Positions 14,001-25,575 are shown, numbered from the stretch's first letter. The stretch: DNA of 64,000 nucleotides from Octopus bimaculoides (GCF_001194135.2 NC_068987.1:107580004-107644003), one strand, 5' to 3'. The notes: generated from the letters alone by a model not told the origin. Program-made: numbers and translations.

Positions 14001-14810
14001 TATTTCCTCTCTTTCTCTTTTCCTCTCGTTGCTCACCTATTCTTCTACTTCCTCCCTCTGTTTNNNNNNNNNNNNNNNNNNNNNNNNNNNNNNNNNNNNN
14101 NNNNNNNNNNNNNNNNNNNNNNNNNNNNNNNNNNNNNNNNNNNNNNNNNNNNNNNNNNNNNNNNNNNNNNNNNNNNNNNNNNNNNNNNNNNNNNNNNNNN
14201 NNNNNNNNNNNNNNNNNNNNNNNNNNNNNNNNNNNNNNNNNNNNNNNNNNNNNNNNNNNNNNNNNNNNNNNNNNNNNNNNNNNNNNNNNNNNNNNNNNNN
14301 NNNNNNNNNNNNNNNNNNNNNNNNNNNNNNNNNNNNNNNNNNNNNNNNNNNNNNNNNNNNNNNNNNNNNNNNNNNNNNNNNNNNNNNNNNNNNNNNNNNN
14401 NNNNNNNNNNNNNNNNNNNNNNNNNNNNNNNNNNNNNNNNNNNNNNNNNNNNNNNNNNNNNNNNNNNNNNNNNNNNNNNNNNNNNNNNNNNNNNNNNNNN
14501 NNNNNNNNNNNNNNNNNNNNNNNNNNNNNNNNNNNNNNNNNNNNNNNNNNNNNNNNNNNNNNNNNNNNNNNNNNNNNNNNNNNNNNNNNNNNNNNNNNNN
14601 NNNNNNNNNNNNNNNNNNNNNNNNNNNNNNNNNNNNNNNNNNNNNNNNNNNNNNNNNNNNNNNNNNNNNNNNNNNNNNNNNNNNNNNNNNNNNNNNNNNN
14701 NNNNNNNNNNNNNNNNNNNNNNNNNNNNNNNNNNNNNNNNNNNNNNNNNNNNNNNNNNNNNNNNNNNNNNNNNNNNNNNNNNNNNNNNNNNNNNNNNNNN
14801 NNNNNNNNNN

Positions 14811-14845
<35 letters not shown>

Positions 14846-15097
14846 GTGTACGTGCGTGAGTGTGCATCTATCTATCTATCTATCTTTTCCAAAGATGTCA
14901 GGTATAGATCCAGTGCTTTCTTGGATGTAATCATCCCTTTAAGAGGTTAATGTATCTCTAATTAACTTTGACACACACACACACACACGTATATATATGC
15001 ATGCGTGTATGTATTATGTATGTCCATCTATCTTTTTATCCTTGAAGAATTTTTAGTGGAATGAATCGACCTCACTACTTATTACATCATTTAAAAC

Positions 15098-15330
15098 CTG
15101 TTACTTGTTTTCTAGCCCTGTTTTGCCCCACCGCTAAGTTACGAGGACGTAAACACTTGAAAACCGGTTGTCAAGCGGTGGTCAGGATGGGAGAAAACAC
15201 AAAAGCACAAACACACACACACACATAGATGTAACTATAGATGACGAGCTGTTTTTCATTTCTGTCAGCCAAATCCACTCACAAACCTTTGGTCGCCCAT
15301 GACTAGAATACAAAGCACTTGTGCAAACTG
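15098..15330 (-). mobile_element. Degenerate family A SINE (middle part)
   Basis: CCGCTAAGTTACGAGGACGTAAACAC...CCGGTTGTCAAGCG...CCAAATCCACTCACAAACCTTTGGTCG on plus = reverse complement of family A. Confidence 0.7.
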
Positions 15331-15360
15331 ATACACATTAGGGAAAACAGACTCTGGATT

Positions 15361-15873
15361 ATGAAGAAAAGAGGGGATGAAACCAATAAACTGTCCACAG
15401 TCTGTCTACTCTATGTGAAAAAGCCTCTCCGAAAAGATACAAAAGATATGCGGCCCATATGACATCAAGACAGTATAGAAGAGTGGTACAACAGTTGGCA
15501 AATACCTCCTTCGCGTACAAACACCAATAGAAGAGAATATGACCAAAGACTGCGTGTACTCCATTCCATTTAGCTGTGGTAGGTTATACAAAGGAGAAAC
15601 ATGCTGCCTCCGAAAAATAAGTGTAGACGAACATCGCAAAGCTGTAACACGAGGAGATATTTATAAATCTGGTATAGCTGATCATGTATAGAAAAATGGA
15701 AACCTCAAACACTGTGGGATGAAGTTAAAATAATAGACAGAGGGCACCACAGGAAAATACGAAAACTAAAAGAAGCAGCACATATGCTAGGTCACAACAA
15801 TCTCCAAACCAGACTGAGTGCAGATATGAGTTGCAAATGGGGACCGGTATTAAGGAATAATAGGAAAATATGA
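15361..15873 (+). pseudogene. Penelope-like element C-terminal GIY-YIG endonuclease (2 stops, 2 frameshifts)
   Basis: Manual translation: TVCLLYVK/LSEKIQKICGPYDIKTV*KSGTTVGKYLLRVQTPIEENMTKDCVYSIPFSCGRLYKGETCCLRKISVDEHRKAVTRGDIYKSGIADHV*KNG../WDEVKIIDRGHHRKIRKLKEAAHM...RNNRKI* (TGA 15871-15873). VYSIP.SCG..Y.GET, EH, S.IA.H and W..V.II...R...EA are hallmark PLE GIY-YIG motifs. Not in the ORF track because it is disrupted. Confidence 0.9.
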
Positions 15874-15905
15874 GATTTATAAACCCTAAAATTCACTCCA
15901 TAATT

Positions 15906-15975
15906 GCCCACGGCATAGTGGTTAAGAGCGCGAGCTACTAACCCCAAGATTCCGAGTTCGGTTCCAAACAGTGAC
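15906..15975 (+). promoter_or_regulatory. tRNA-like cassette with Pol III A and B boxes
   Basis: GGCATAGTGGTTAAGAGC (A box) and GAGTTCGGTTCC (B box, one mismatch to GTTCGANNC) at tRNA-like spacing; acceptor stem imperfect, so tRNA-derived rather than a tRNA gene. Confidence 0.7.
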
Positions 15976-16053
15976 ATGAATAATAATAATAATAATAATA
16001 ATAACATCGAAAAATACCTTAGGAATTAGAACCCAGGTTCGAAATATCCTCAA

Positions 16054-16099
16054 GACACCTGATGAAGGCTGGAGGGGATATCAGCCGAAACGTTGTGTT
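16054..16099 (+). ncRNA. Minimal type-I hammerhead ribozyme in PLE terminal repeat
   Basis: Stem I GACAC(16054-58)/GTGTT(16095-99); core CTGATGA 16059-65 plus extra A; stem II GGCTG(16067-71)/CAGCC(16082-86); GAAA 16087-90; loopless palindromic stem III ACGT; predicted cleavage after GUU at 16094. Confidence 0.85.
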
Positions 16100-16169
16100 A
16101 ACAAGAAGCATGATGAGGACAAATATTCATCAAATGTAAATAATGACCATAATTTCTCATCTCTTAACT

Positions 16170-16272
16170 ATGCTGGAGGACCGCCTTTGGTCTAACAGTA
16201 TTTATTCTATCGGCTCCTTTGCCCAACCGCTAAGTTATGGGGACGTAAATACACCAACATCTGTTGTCAGGC
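16170..16272 (-). mobile_element. Family A SINE 3' fragment
   Basis: ATGCTGGAGGACCGCC...TATTCTATCGGCTCCTTTGCCCAACCGCTAAGTTATGGGGACGTAAATACACCAACATC. Confidence 0.65.
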
Positions 16273-16767
16273 AGACGCACAAATAAAATTTAGCATGTGC
16301 AGCCTCACGTGTGAAACAAAGTGGACAGCCAATGTATCCAATGCCGCTCATGTCGAGTGTACAGAGGCACGTTGACAGCGAGAGGAATGGAATTGCCAGC
16401 GTCTACTAGATTCATACAAGCCATTTGGATGTGTTAGCATTGAAGTCAAATGTTTACTAACGGGGACAGGAGTTATATATCACGCGAGGAGATACAACTG
16501 AATCTCATTATAAAGGTAAACCTCTGCTTAATTTAAACTCTCTGTACATGTGGATCTATGTTGTGTCAAAATATGTGTAGTGTTTATTAAATAGCTGTCT
16601 AACCGTACTCCTTCTTCTTGACTCCATTTTATTCAATTATACATATATATATACGCATGTGTGTGTATCTGCATGTGTGTAGGTGTGCATATGTGTATGT
16701 ATGTTTGTATGTATGTATGTGGGTATGTGTGAGTGTATTGGCGAAATAATTGATAGATAGATATACG

Positions 16768-16885
<118 letters not shown>

Positions 16886-16908
16886 TGTGTGTGTGTGTGT
16901 GTGTGTAT

Positions 16909-17074
16909 AAAAAATCAAAATAAGCAACACGGATTTTAAAGATGGTTGCAGTACGCACGTTTCATGCTACTCCATTTATTTAAGTAATGCTCGCATTACT
17001 TAAATAAATGGAGTAGCATGAAACGTGCGTACTGCAACCATCTTTAAAATCCGTGTTGCTTATTTTGATTTTTT
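16909..17074. repeat. Perfect palindrome: 82-bp arms, 2-nt spacer
   Basis: 16909-16990 is the exact reverse complement of 16993-17074; spacer TC. Confidence 0.95.
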
Positions 17075-17519
17075 GATCACCTAGTTTTTGGAATGGTTTT
17101 TATATAATACCATACCATACTATATTCTGGTGCCTAAACATCAGTACCATATTCAATTTTTGAATCTAAATCTAAAGCTTTTATATATGTATATATTGCA
17201 ATGCTCGAAATATGTTTGATGCACTTTCGAACTGGGAAACAAGCTACTCACTGCATTTTGTTACATAGAATATTTGTTGCTTGTTGACAAATGGTATGTA
17301 TACACCTAGATCACCTCGCAGCGCCGTCTACCTGGATTGTGAGACTACCATTTCAGAGTAGTTATTTCCTCGTCGGCTACAGACAGATTATTTCTCTTAT
17401 GCTTTTTCAGTCACTGCACTATGACTGGTAGCGCTATACGGTGGCTCACCTAAAGTAAATTATATTCTTTACTAGCTTCAGCTCGGCCATGCTGGGGTGC
17501 CGCCGTAAGCCCCCCACCC

Positions 17520-17785
17520 TAAGATTTCCCACTGATATGTGACACCATTTGGTGAATGAAGGAACTTTTACATTTGTGGATAGAACTCTAGCCACTATAC
17601 ATTCTTTATTTTCTATCCTTGTTCTTTTCTGTGATTCTTTCTGTGGAAGAGCCTAGGCTCGAAACGTTAAAGACTTTTTTCCCTTCCCAAGCGTTAAACT
17701 AATACATCTGTTTGTTGTCTACACTACCTGTCTTTGTCCTTTGTCTTGTTTTTTTTTTTTTTGTGAATTCTCCCTATATATATGT
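17520..17785 (+). mobile_element. PLE terminal-repeat (pLTR) remnant with variant hammerhead at 17636-17673
   Basis: TCTTT CTGTGGA A GAGC CTAG GCTC GAAA CGT T AAAGA, then GCGTTAAACTAATACATCTG...GTGAATTCTCCCTATATA; same tail occurs inverted at 25472-25575. Confidence 0.7.
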
Positions 17786-17792
17786 ATGTATA

Positions 17793-18008
17793 CGATGGAG
17801 TGCTGAAAAGGTACTCGCTTTCAGGGTGTCGCGAAAGGCCTGGTCGGAGGCTTAACCTTCCGAATCCTTTTACACGGCTTAGAAAAATTGAAGGATCACT
17901 GCAGTAAGTGTGTGTAAGTGAGAGGGAAAGTTGCTGAATAAACTATTAATTAACTAATCTTCGTGTGTTTTCTTTTTCAAGCAGCCGAGTACTTTCTTAG
18001 CCGGGTAC
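17793..18008 (+). mobile_element. Mariner-derived non-autonomous element
   Basis: TA|CGATGGAGTGCTGAAAAG left end; internal GLEKLKDHCSKCV*VRGKVAE* resembles the mariner transposase C-terminus (GI.KL..RW.KC....G.Y.E); right TIR degenerate. Confidence 0.65.
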
Positions 18009-18776
18009 GTGCTAAAAAGTGTGTGTTTGACAAAATGAGAGGTCTGGGAGAGCTACTCATAATTTACTGGTCTACATAAAGCTACGGTTTGAGACTCAAC
18101 CTGCTTCCCGCTCACATCGGAATGAATCCTAAAACATCGTAGTTGCGATGCTTATTACGCATTATCCGACTAAGATTCGAAGCTGGAACTCAGTTAAAAA
18201 AAAAAGAATGTAGAGTAACACTCGTGTCTATAATAAATAACCAGCAAAAATACACGTGATCACGATCGAAAATCTAACAGATCGAAACGTAAGTGTCGAT
18301 GTCCATATGATGTGTGTAAAAATGTTTGATCTCTAAATATTCGATTAATAGTTCGAAAATTATAATCTTATTAGCAGTAACTCACCTCAGACATTTAGAC
18401 ATTTAATTAGTGTAATGTTCCCAATAAATGGACGAGAAATATTCTCTAACATAATATAGACCGTATGAAATTAATAAATTATTTTATAATTCTCATATAA
18501 AATCAAATAATCCATATGATATGGTGTGTGATGATATTAAGAACTGGTTTCTCATATCACAATATGTAAATTGCAGTCACATCAGTCAATATGGCAGTGT
18601 TCAAAATTACATAATAGTTTATGTCGTATAATTATTTCTCTTTAAAACATCCATGTATAGTTCTTGTCTTTCGGTAAAGTTCTTTGCTGTCATCTGACAC
18701 TAGTTTTCTCTACTGTCGTTTTCTTTCAATTGAGTATGTTCAAAATGTCTATGTGCAACATATCTGTAAGAATCAA

Positions 18777-18827
<51 letters not shown>

Positions 18828-18832
18828 ATATT

Positions 18833-19077
18833 CTTCTTTCTTTTATTTTTCTACTTGTTTCAGTTATTTGACTGGGGCCATGCTGCAGCACCGCCAGGAA
18901 GGGTTTTAGCCAAACAAATCGACCCGAGGACGTATATTTTTTAAACCCTTGTTTCTATTTTTTTAGCCTTGTTTTAAGCCTTGATTCTATCGGAATCTTT
19001 GCCGAACAGTTAAGCTACGTGGACGTAAGCACACCAACACCAGTTTTCAAGCAGTGATGGAGGGCAACAGACAGACA

Positions 19078-19159
<82 letters not shown>

Positions 19160-19301
19160 GGGCTTCTTTCACTTTCCATATACCAAATCCACTCACAAGG
19201 CTTTGGCCATCCCGAGGCTATAAGAGAAGACACATGTCCCAGATGCCACACAGTGTGGGACTGAACCCGGAACCATGTGTTTGGGAAGACACACCTGCGC
19301 C
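18833..19301 (-). mobile_element. Near full-length family A SINE with internal (TA)n(TG)n
   Basis: Aligns end to end with 7946-8435. Confidence 0.85.
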
Positions 19302-20573
19302 TACATGTATATATTTATATATATATCAGTACGTGTGTATGCATGTATATGTGTTTATATATACGTATGTGTCTACGTGTGTATGTACGTATGTATGTAT
19401 GTATGTATTTATGTATGTATACTGATGCGTATAAGCTGATTTCAGACATAAAGATGAATTAAAGAAGCAAATCATGGCTGAGAGAAATAATTTCCTACTA
19501 AGTTTTATGTTAGAAAATATCATTCAAGAAGTTTAGAGTTCGGTGACAGAGTAAATCCATCAATCTAAACATAAAAAGACCTAACAGTATATTGAGGAGT
19601 TGTCTTTTGCTTTTAGAAACAATGCTTAACCTCCTATTATGGGTGTAGACATGAGTATAATTAATGAAGAATTAAATCTTTGACGGTTGTTAAAGCTGTT
19701 GGAAATTGTTGCGTAATTTTAATTGAATAACACCCAACGGTATTCAAAGAGGAAGGAAAGGACGAATTAGTGAAGGTTGTCTCAGATGAGCTATGTAAAG
19801 CTGAAAATAAACAGGATTATGAGAACTGGTACACCTTTCATTAAATGTCTAGATTATTGTGGATTACGCGGCCACAAACCACCGACAGTAGTAGTAACAT
19901 ATCTTGTACAGGTCCGGGCTTCGAGAATGCGATCAGTCTATCGTTGATTAATTAACGGTTACCCTATGATTTCGGCGCTGCCTTTCAAAATGGATTCAAT
20001 TTAGAATATTCTGACTAGTGCGAGATAACGAGCCTTTCCATAAAATTTAATAAAGGTTTATCTAATAAAAAAAATATCATATCCATAATTACAATCGTAA
20101 TAGACTGCATGCTTTATTTTTTACATGAATATATTCTTTCCACAAAACAATTTCGCTTTCTTTTAATGATTAATTAAAATTACAACAATGAGATTTTTTT
20201 TCTGTCATTAAAATACAGATCTAGGTTCGATGTTCTATTTTTTTTTTATTGGTTTTGAAAATCGCATATAAGTTCTGCTAAAATCTTTTACTTTTTGTAC
20301 TCGTGTTACTAGTATTACCGCCATATCTCACCGCTAGGATTATATTTTAGACAATTGAAACTTATACTTATTTTGGTTTATAATAAGCCAGAGTGCAACC
20401 GACATATCTCTACCAGTTTGTAGTAGTAGCAGAAAATATTTTGCCAAATAATTAGTCAGTCTAGGAGCACCGCATATTAATGAGTGCACGAAATTATCAT
20501 TCTATCATTAGTCGGTGTGTGCACTGGAAAAGGCACCATTTACAGTAACTGTTTGCTATGTTATAACAAAATA

Positions 20574-20755
20574 AGGTGGTGACCCGGCAGAATCGCTAGT
20601 CTGTCGGGTAAAATGCTTAGCGACATTTCGTCCCTCTTTTGTTCTAAATTCAAATGCCACCGAGGTCGACTTTGCCTTTCATCCTCTCGGGGTCGATGTA
20701 ATCGCCTTCTTCCCTCCCCTAATCTTGCTGGCCTTGTGTTAAAATTTGAAACCTA
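20574..20755 (+). mobile_element. tRNA-derived SINE family B
   Basis: CGGCAGAATCGCTAG...TTCTAAATTCAAATGCCACCGAGGTCGACTTTGCCTTTCATCCTCTCGGGGTCGATGTAATCG; homologous to 33445-33676. Confidence 0.8.
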
Positions 20756-22109
20756 CGAAAACAAAATTGTCTCAGAGTGTCACAAAACCTTCACTGCTTC
20801 AGGATGGTGTCAGAAGGACGCCGTCCTGACATACAGCTTTTCTGGGCACTTGGATGAGAGGAAGCCGTCCTTCAGATCTGACCACAGTCGCTTTCTGTCT
20901 AAGTAGTGTAAGTGATGGACAGGAAGAAAGTGTTAAGGAAATAGAACAATCAACCCCAGTTATTTATCGAGCCGGATATAGAAAAGGTAGATTTCATTTC
21001 AGCGGAATTCGAATTCAAATCACAAACAGCGGGAACAATTTTCACAAAGCAATCTTACACTCTAAGGACTTTTACCGATCTGTCTGTCGAGGAGACAGAC
21101 AGAGAAATAGTTAAAGAAGGAGAAGAGTAAGTCCCAGTTATTCTTTCACCCATAATGGACAAAAGACAAATTTCTCCTTGGCAGAATTTGAACTCAATTT
21201 GCAGACAGCCAATTCACAAAATTTACACGTAACTTTTAAAAACTGAGAGTCATTTTATAGTGAGGAAGATGAGAAATCATATATTTCAGTGAGAACACTT
21301 CGTAAAACGCATCCCTTCCTGAAACGTCACTCATCTATCGAAGTGGCTTATTCTACTTCGAAATCATTTGTATTTATTTCTTGACAATGCAGAGAATCGG
21401 TACATTTTCTCGGATTTTATACTTTCAATATATAGTATTACACATGTATATGTTTCTGCTTTCAGTCTTACGTGGATCGAGAACGATAGAATACCAGTTA
21501 GCAACTGAGGTTGATGTGATAAACATTAGTCCGACATAAAATTGTGTGGTCTTCTGTCTGTCGATTTTAGGAATTAATATTTCCAAAATATTAACATTTT
21601 TTTCTAATCTACGATTGAAAATGTTCAAATCCAGAGGGAAATCAGAACGAAAGTGAAAATTTAAAAACTGAAAATGAAATTCACTAAAAATAAAAAAAAC
21701 AAAAGGAACAAAAACAAAACAGAATTCTGAATTTCAAATTGAATTTACATAAAAAAAAATCGAAGCAACAATGATTGAAGCCTTCGCCCTGACAGACGAC
21801 ATGGGTATATTATTATAATTACATTTATTCTGTATATTTCATTTAATTGAATAATCATTTTGACGTGAATTTTCTCAAGACACAAATAAATAAATGAAGA
21901 TAAAAGATATAAAAATAACTGTAAGGAAAAGAAAAAAATAACAGAAGAAAGAAACAATACATTTTCCATGCCACTCGAATATTTCACTTACCAAAAAAGA
22001 AAGTTTTTCTTTTCATTTTCTGAAAATGGCAAAGTTGTATGAAGCAATCTTTTATTTAAATTACATTTATATAAATAGCAATTTCTAACTAAGAAAAGCA
22101 AGGCAAAAT

Positions 22110-22490
22110 ACATTTGGTTAGTTGAACAGTCGAATGAGTCGACGGTGGTATTATATTTAATCACCTAGGAATGGGCTTAGTGTACATTCTTCCTCAACAG
22201 GATTCGAAATCATAGTGTAAAGGAACTTGACTAAACACCGTATTACATTTGCAGCTACTCTACCGACTCGGCCAATTCAATGCTCCAAGTGTCATTTGTC
22301 CTATAAGCACAAGGCCTGAAAAATTTGGAGGAGGATGATGATCGATTATATCGATCCCAATGTTCAATTAGTAATTATTTATCGAACAACCAACCCCACC
22401 AAAATGTGGCATTCGGATTGATAACGTAAAATCAGAAAAAATTCTGCTAATAATTTTTACAACGGGTTAAGGATTCTGTCAGCTCAACGC
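22110..22490 (-). mobile_element. Two adjacent degenerate family B-like SINE copies
   Basis: Minus strand TGGCCGAGTCGGTAGAG...TTTCGAATCCTGTTGAGG (about 22110-22270) and GAGCTGACAGAATCCTTAAC...GGGATCGATATAATCG...GGCCTTGTGCTTATA (about 22295-22490). Confidence 0.55.
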
Positions 22491-22829
22491 CTTCCTCTTG
22501 TCTTTTATCAGTTTTCGAAGAGTCAGTATGGCAATCCCATATTGAGCTGCTATCCTCGAATTACCACTGCTGCTAATTTTATTGATATTTACGGATTAAA
22601 GTAACAATTAAGTTGTGATGACGGTATGATGGGACATGCATGATATTATGTGGTTTAGACATTTAATCGCTGTGCTAAACCATTAAGAACAAACAAAACA
22701 GAAAGGAAGGAAGAAGAAAATAAGAAAGGAAATGAAGAAAGAAAGGGTTAATATCCACGCCAGAAATATCCAAATGATTGAAAAAGAGTTGAGGGATTGT
22801 GGCTGTCACGCAAAAGAAGAATGCCATCC

Positions 22830-22968
22830 TCCGGCATGTTTTACTGACGCAGCTTCGGTTTAGCCGAGGCTACGATAGAACACAGTAGCCCAAATTGCCG
22901 CACAGTGGGAGCTGAGCAGAAACCACGAGGTTATGAAGCAACGTTCTTAAGTATACAGCCATGCCTGT
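22830..22968 (-). mobile_element. Family A SINE 5' part, degenerate
   Basis: GCCGAGGCTACGATAGAACACAGTAGCCCAAATTGCCGCACAGTGGGAGCTGAGC...ATACAGCCATGCCTG on plus. Confidence 0.6.
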
Positions 22969-23374
22969 AGCCATAATTAAGCTATAGACCTATTGTATTT
23001 CAATGACCTTTGTTATTTAAATTAGATTTCTGACATACCCTCAAGCCTCAAATTCTACAGCATTGTTCCGAATTGGATTTTATGGACACAAATATTCAAC
23101 TACCTCTCATGACATGTAACGCACATGGATGAAAACGAAAGTCAACGTTTGTTGAATTTAAGCTCAGAACTTAAAGGAAGCTATCAAATACTGCAAGGCG
23201 TTTTATCAGACATTATGTCCATACTGTCATTCCTCAGTCTAAAAGAAGTGATGAAGTCATTATACAGCAGAAAACCGTTGTATCTATCTCATACTAGCTG
23301 GCCACATTAATGATTAAGCCAAATAACAAACCACGTTAATGATTAAGGCAAATTTTGCTTATATGTTTCAACAT

Positions 23375-23559
23375 TGGCTTGAAACTTTGGCACAGGGCCA
23401 GTAAGTTGAGCGGAGGGGTAAAGTCGATTATATCGACACCAGCGTTCAACTGGAGCTTCTTGTATACACCCTGAAAGGTAAAGTCAATTTCAACGGAATT
23501 TGAACTCACAACGTAAAGACGGACGAAATAATGCTAACGATCCTGCCAAGCTTGTCGCT
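23375..23559 (-). mobile_element. Family B SINE
   Basis: GTCGATTATATCGACACCAGCGTTCAACTGG...GGAATTTGAACTCACAACGTAAAGACGGACGAAATAATGCTAACGATCCTGCCAAGCT on plus. Confidence 0.75.
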
Positions 23560-23892
23560 TTACAATGTTTAAATATTTTCAAGAGTTTTATCCACATTTG
23601 TAATGAAGTGTGACAGTTCAGTCACAAGCAAACATTTGTGTTTCATCACTTAATCATTCAACATTCTAGAAGTTGAAATAAGAGCTTTGTCAAATTAGAA
23701 TTCCACCATCTTAAACAACGAGGGTCGCATAGGTTTATATCATTCAAATACCTCTAAAATAGACGAGAATGTCATTTCTAATAATCTTTGGTCATATATG
23801 TTTTAACCTTTTTTCTATAAATACTAGAAGACGAAAAAAAAAACATTAAAAGGGATATTTGTTAGGCGACTTCTATGATATATTTTTTCAAT

Positions 23893-23960
23893 TTATGCGC
23901 CCCTTTTAAGGCATAAATCAGGCTCATGGGCCCGGTTTACCGGTTTCTATGGCGTATGTG
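23893..23960 (-). mobile_element. 3' tip of SINE family D
   Basis: TTATGCGCCCCTTTTAAGG...GGCTCATGGGCCCGGTTTACCGGTTTCTATGGCGTATGTG; recognised as the tail of the family seen at 41402-41614. Confidence 0.6.
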
Positions 23961-24325
23961 TATACGCCGTAAATTCGTGTATAGTTCTGCAAATTATATT
24001 GATTCTAGAACGATTGTGCTGATGAGAACACGGATGTTGTTACGCAAGTAAAACGTTAATGTTCGAAACCGGTACACAATTAATTCTTTATTCTGTATAT
24101 TTCTCATTTTGTCTTGTTCTGATGTTTTGCGAATTTTTTTTTTTCTGGAGAACATTATTTTTCTTTGTGGTTGGGTCGTTGATCACCTCTTTCTAGCATA
24201 CTGTATGTCCACTTAGTGGTCACCCTTCTTATACACAAGTAACACAATTTTTCTGAATTTTCAGATTTTTTTCTATGCTAGGCCAATTGGTTTTAAATTA
24301 AATTAATATTCAATTTATCACCCTC
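23961..24325 (+). mobile_element. PLE pLTR-like repeat carrying an intact hammerhead
   Basis: Contains the HHR at 24013-24080; upstream and downstream flanks homologous to 50560-50825; distal part homologous to 50348-50427. Confidence 0.7.
24013..24080 (+). ncRNA. Type-I hammerhead ribozyme, canonical core
   Basis: Stem I ATTGTG(24013-18)/CACAAT(24075-80); CTGATGA 24019-25; stem II GAACA/TGTTC (24026-30/24060-64) with inner hairpin TTAC-GCAA-GTAA; GAAA 24065-68; palindromic stem III ACCGGT; cleavage triplet GUA (after 24074). Confidence 0.9.
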
Positions 24326-24342
24326 TATATATAAATAATAAT

Positions 24343-24391
<49 letters not shown>

Positions 24392-24392
24392 T

Positions 24393-24784
24393 ATTCTTTT
24401 ATTTTTTATTCTTTTATTTGTTTCACTTATCTAATTGTTGCCGTGCTAGGGCACCACCTTTAGTCGAACAAATCGACGACAGGACTTATTCTTAGTAAAT
24501 CTTGTATTTATTCTATCGGGGACGTAAAGAAACCAACATCGGTTGTCAAGCGATGGTAGAGGAAAAACACAGACACACAAACATATACATATGTATAAAT
24601 ACGACAGGTTTCTTTCCGTTTCTCTTCTACCAAATCCAATCATAAGGCTTTGGTCAGCCCGAGGATATACTAGAAGACACTTGACCAAGCTGCCACGCAG
24701 TGAGACTGAACCCTGAACCATGTGGTAAGTAATTAAGCTATTTACCACACGGTTACTCCTGCTCCTACACAGCCACGCCTGCGC
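24393..24784 (-). mobile_element. Near full-length family A SINE
   Basis: Aligns with 7946-8435; short internal duplication near the head (ACTCCTGCTCCTACACAGCCACGCCTGCGC). Confidence 0.85.
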
Positions 24785-25471
24785 AATAAATTTCGACTCC
24801 AAATTACAAAATCGTAGCTAAATATCACAAGCATTACTTCGAAAGCTCTACCGAATCTTCTAATCCATTAATGTGATTCTTTACCTCTTAATATTCACTA
24901 GAATTTATCCCATGCTGGACTACTTAAGGTCAACTTACTATACGTACATTAAATCATTATATCAAGAACCATTACAGAAGCGTCGAGTAGGAGGTTGTAA
25001 ATTACAAGACATTATAATTCAATATTTTAACGTTCAACAAGAAGCGATATGTTTAATCATTGGTTAGTATGTCTAACGTAGATTCAGAATGAACGAAATA
25101 TTAATCATTGCTTTCAAGACACTATAATCATATTTTCTATTAATTATTGGGAAATTCTGCAATATTCTTAGTCGTCTAAACGATAGAATTATCCGTTATT
25201 TTATACGTAAAGGGACAAATAATATAATCAGAATCACCAGTTTCATCTACAGCAATTTGAAAAATACAGTAGCGTCGTAATTACAAACGTGATCACACAC
25301 ACACACACACACACACACNNNNNNNNNNNNNNNNNNNNNNNNNNNNNNNNNNNNNNNNNNNNNNNNNNNNNNNNNNNNNNNNNNNNNNNNNNNNNNNNNN
25401 NNNNNNNNNNNNNNNNNNNNNNNNNNNNNNNNNNNNNNNNNNNNNNNNNNNNNNNNNNNNNNNNNNNNNNN

Positions 25472-25575
25472 ATAGGGAGGAATTCACAAAAAAAAAGCAA
25501 AATGTGAAGACAGGTGGTGTAGACAATAAACAGATGTATTAGTATAACGCTTGGGAAGTGAAAAAGTCTTATATA
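25472..25575 (-). mobile_element. PLE pLTR 3' tail (same family as 17670-17785), HHR absent
   Basis: Reverse complement AAGACTTTTTCACTTCCCAAGCGTTATACTAATACATCTGTTTATTGTCTACACCACCTGTCTTC...GTGAATTCCTCCCTAT matches 17670-17778. Confidence 0.75.

Noticed and set aside
15906-15975. Functional tRNA gene
   Set aside because: Acceptor and T stems do not pair properly; treated as a tRNA-derived promoter cassette.
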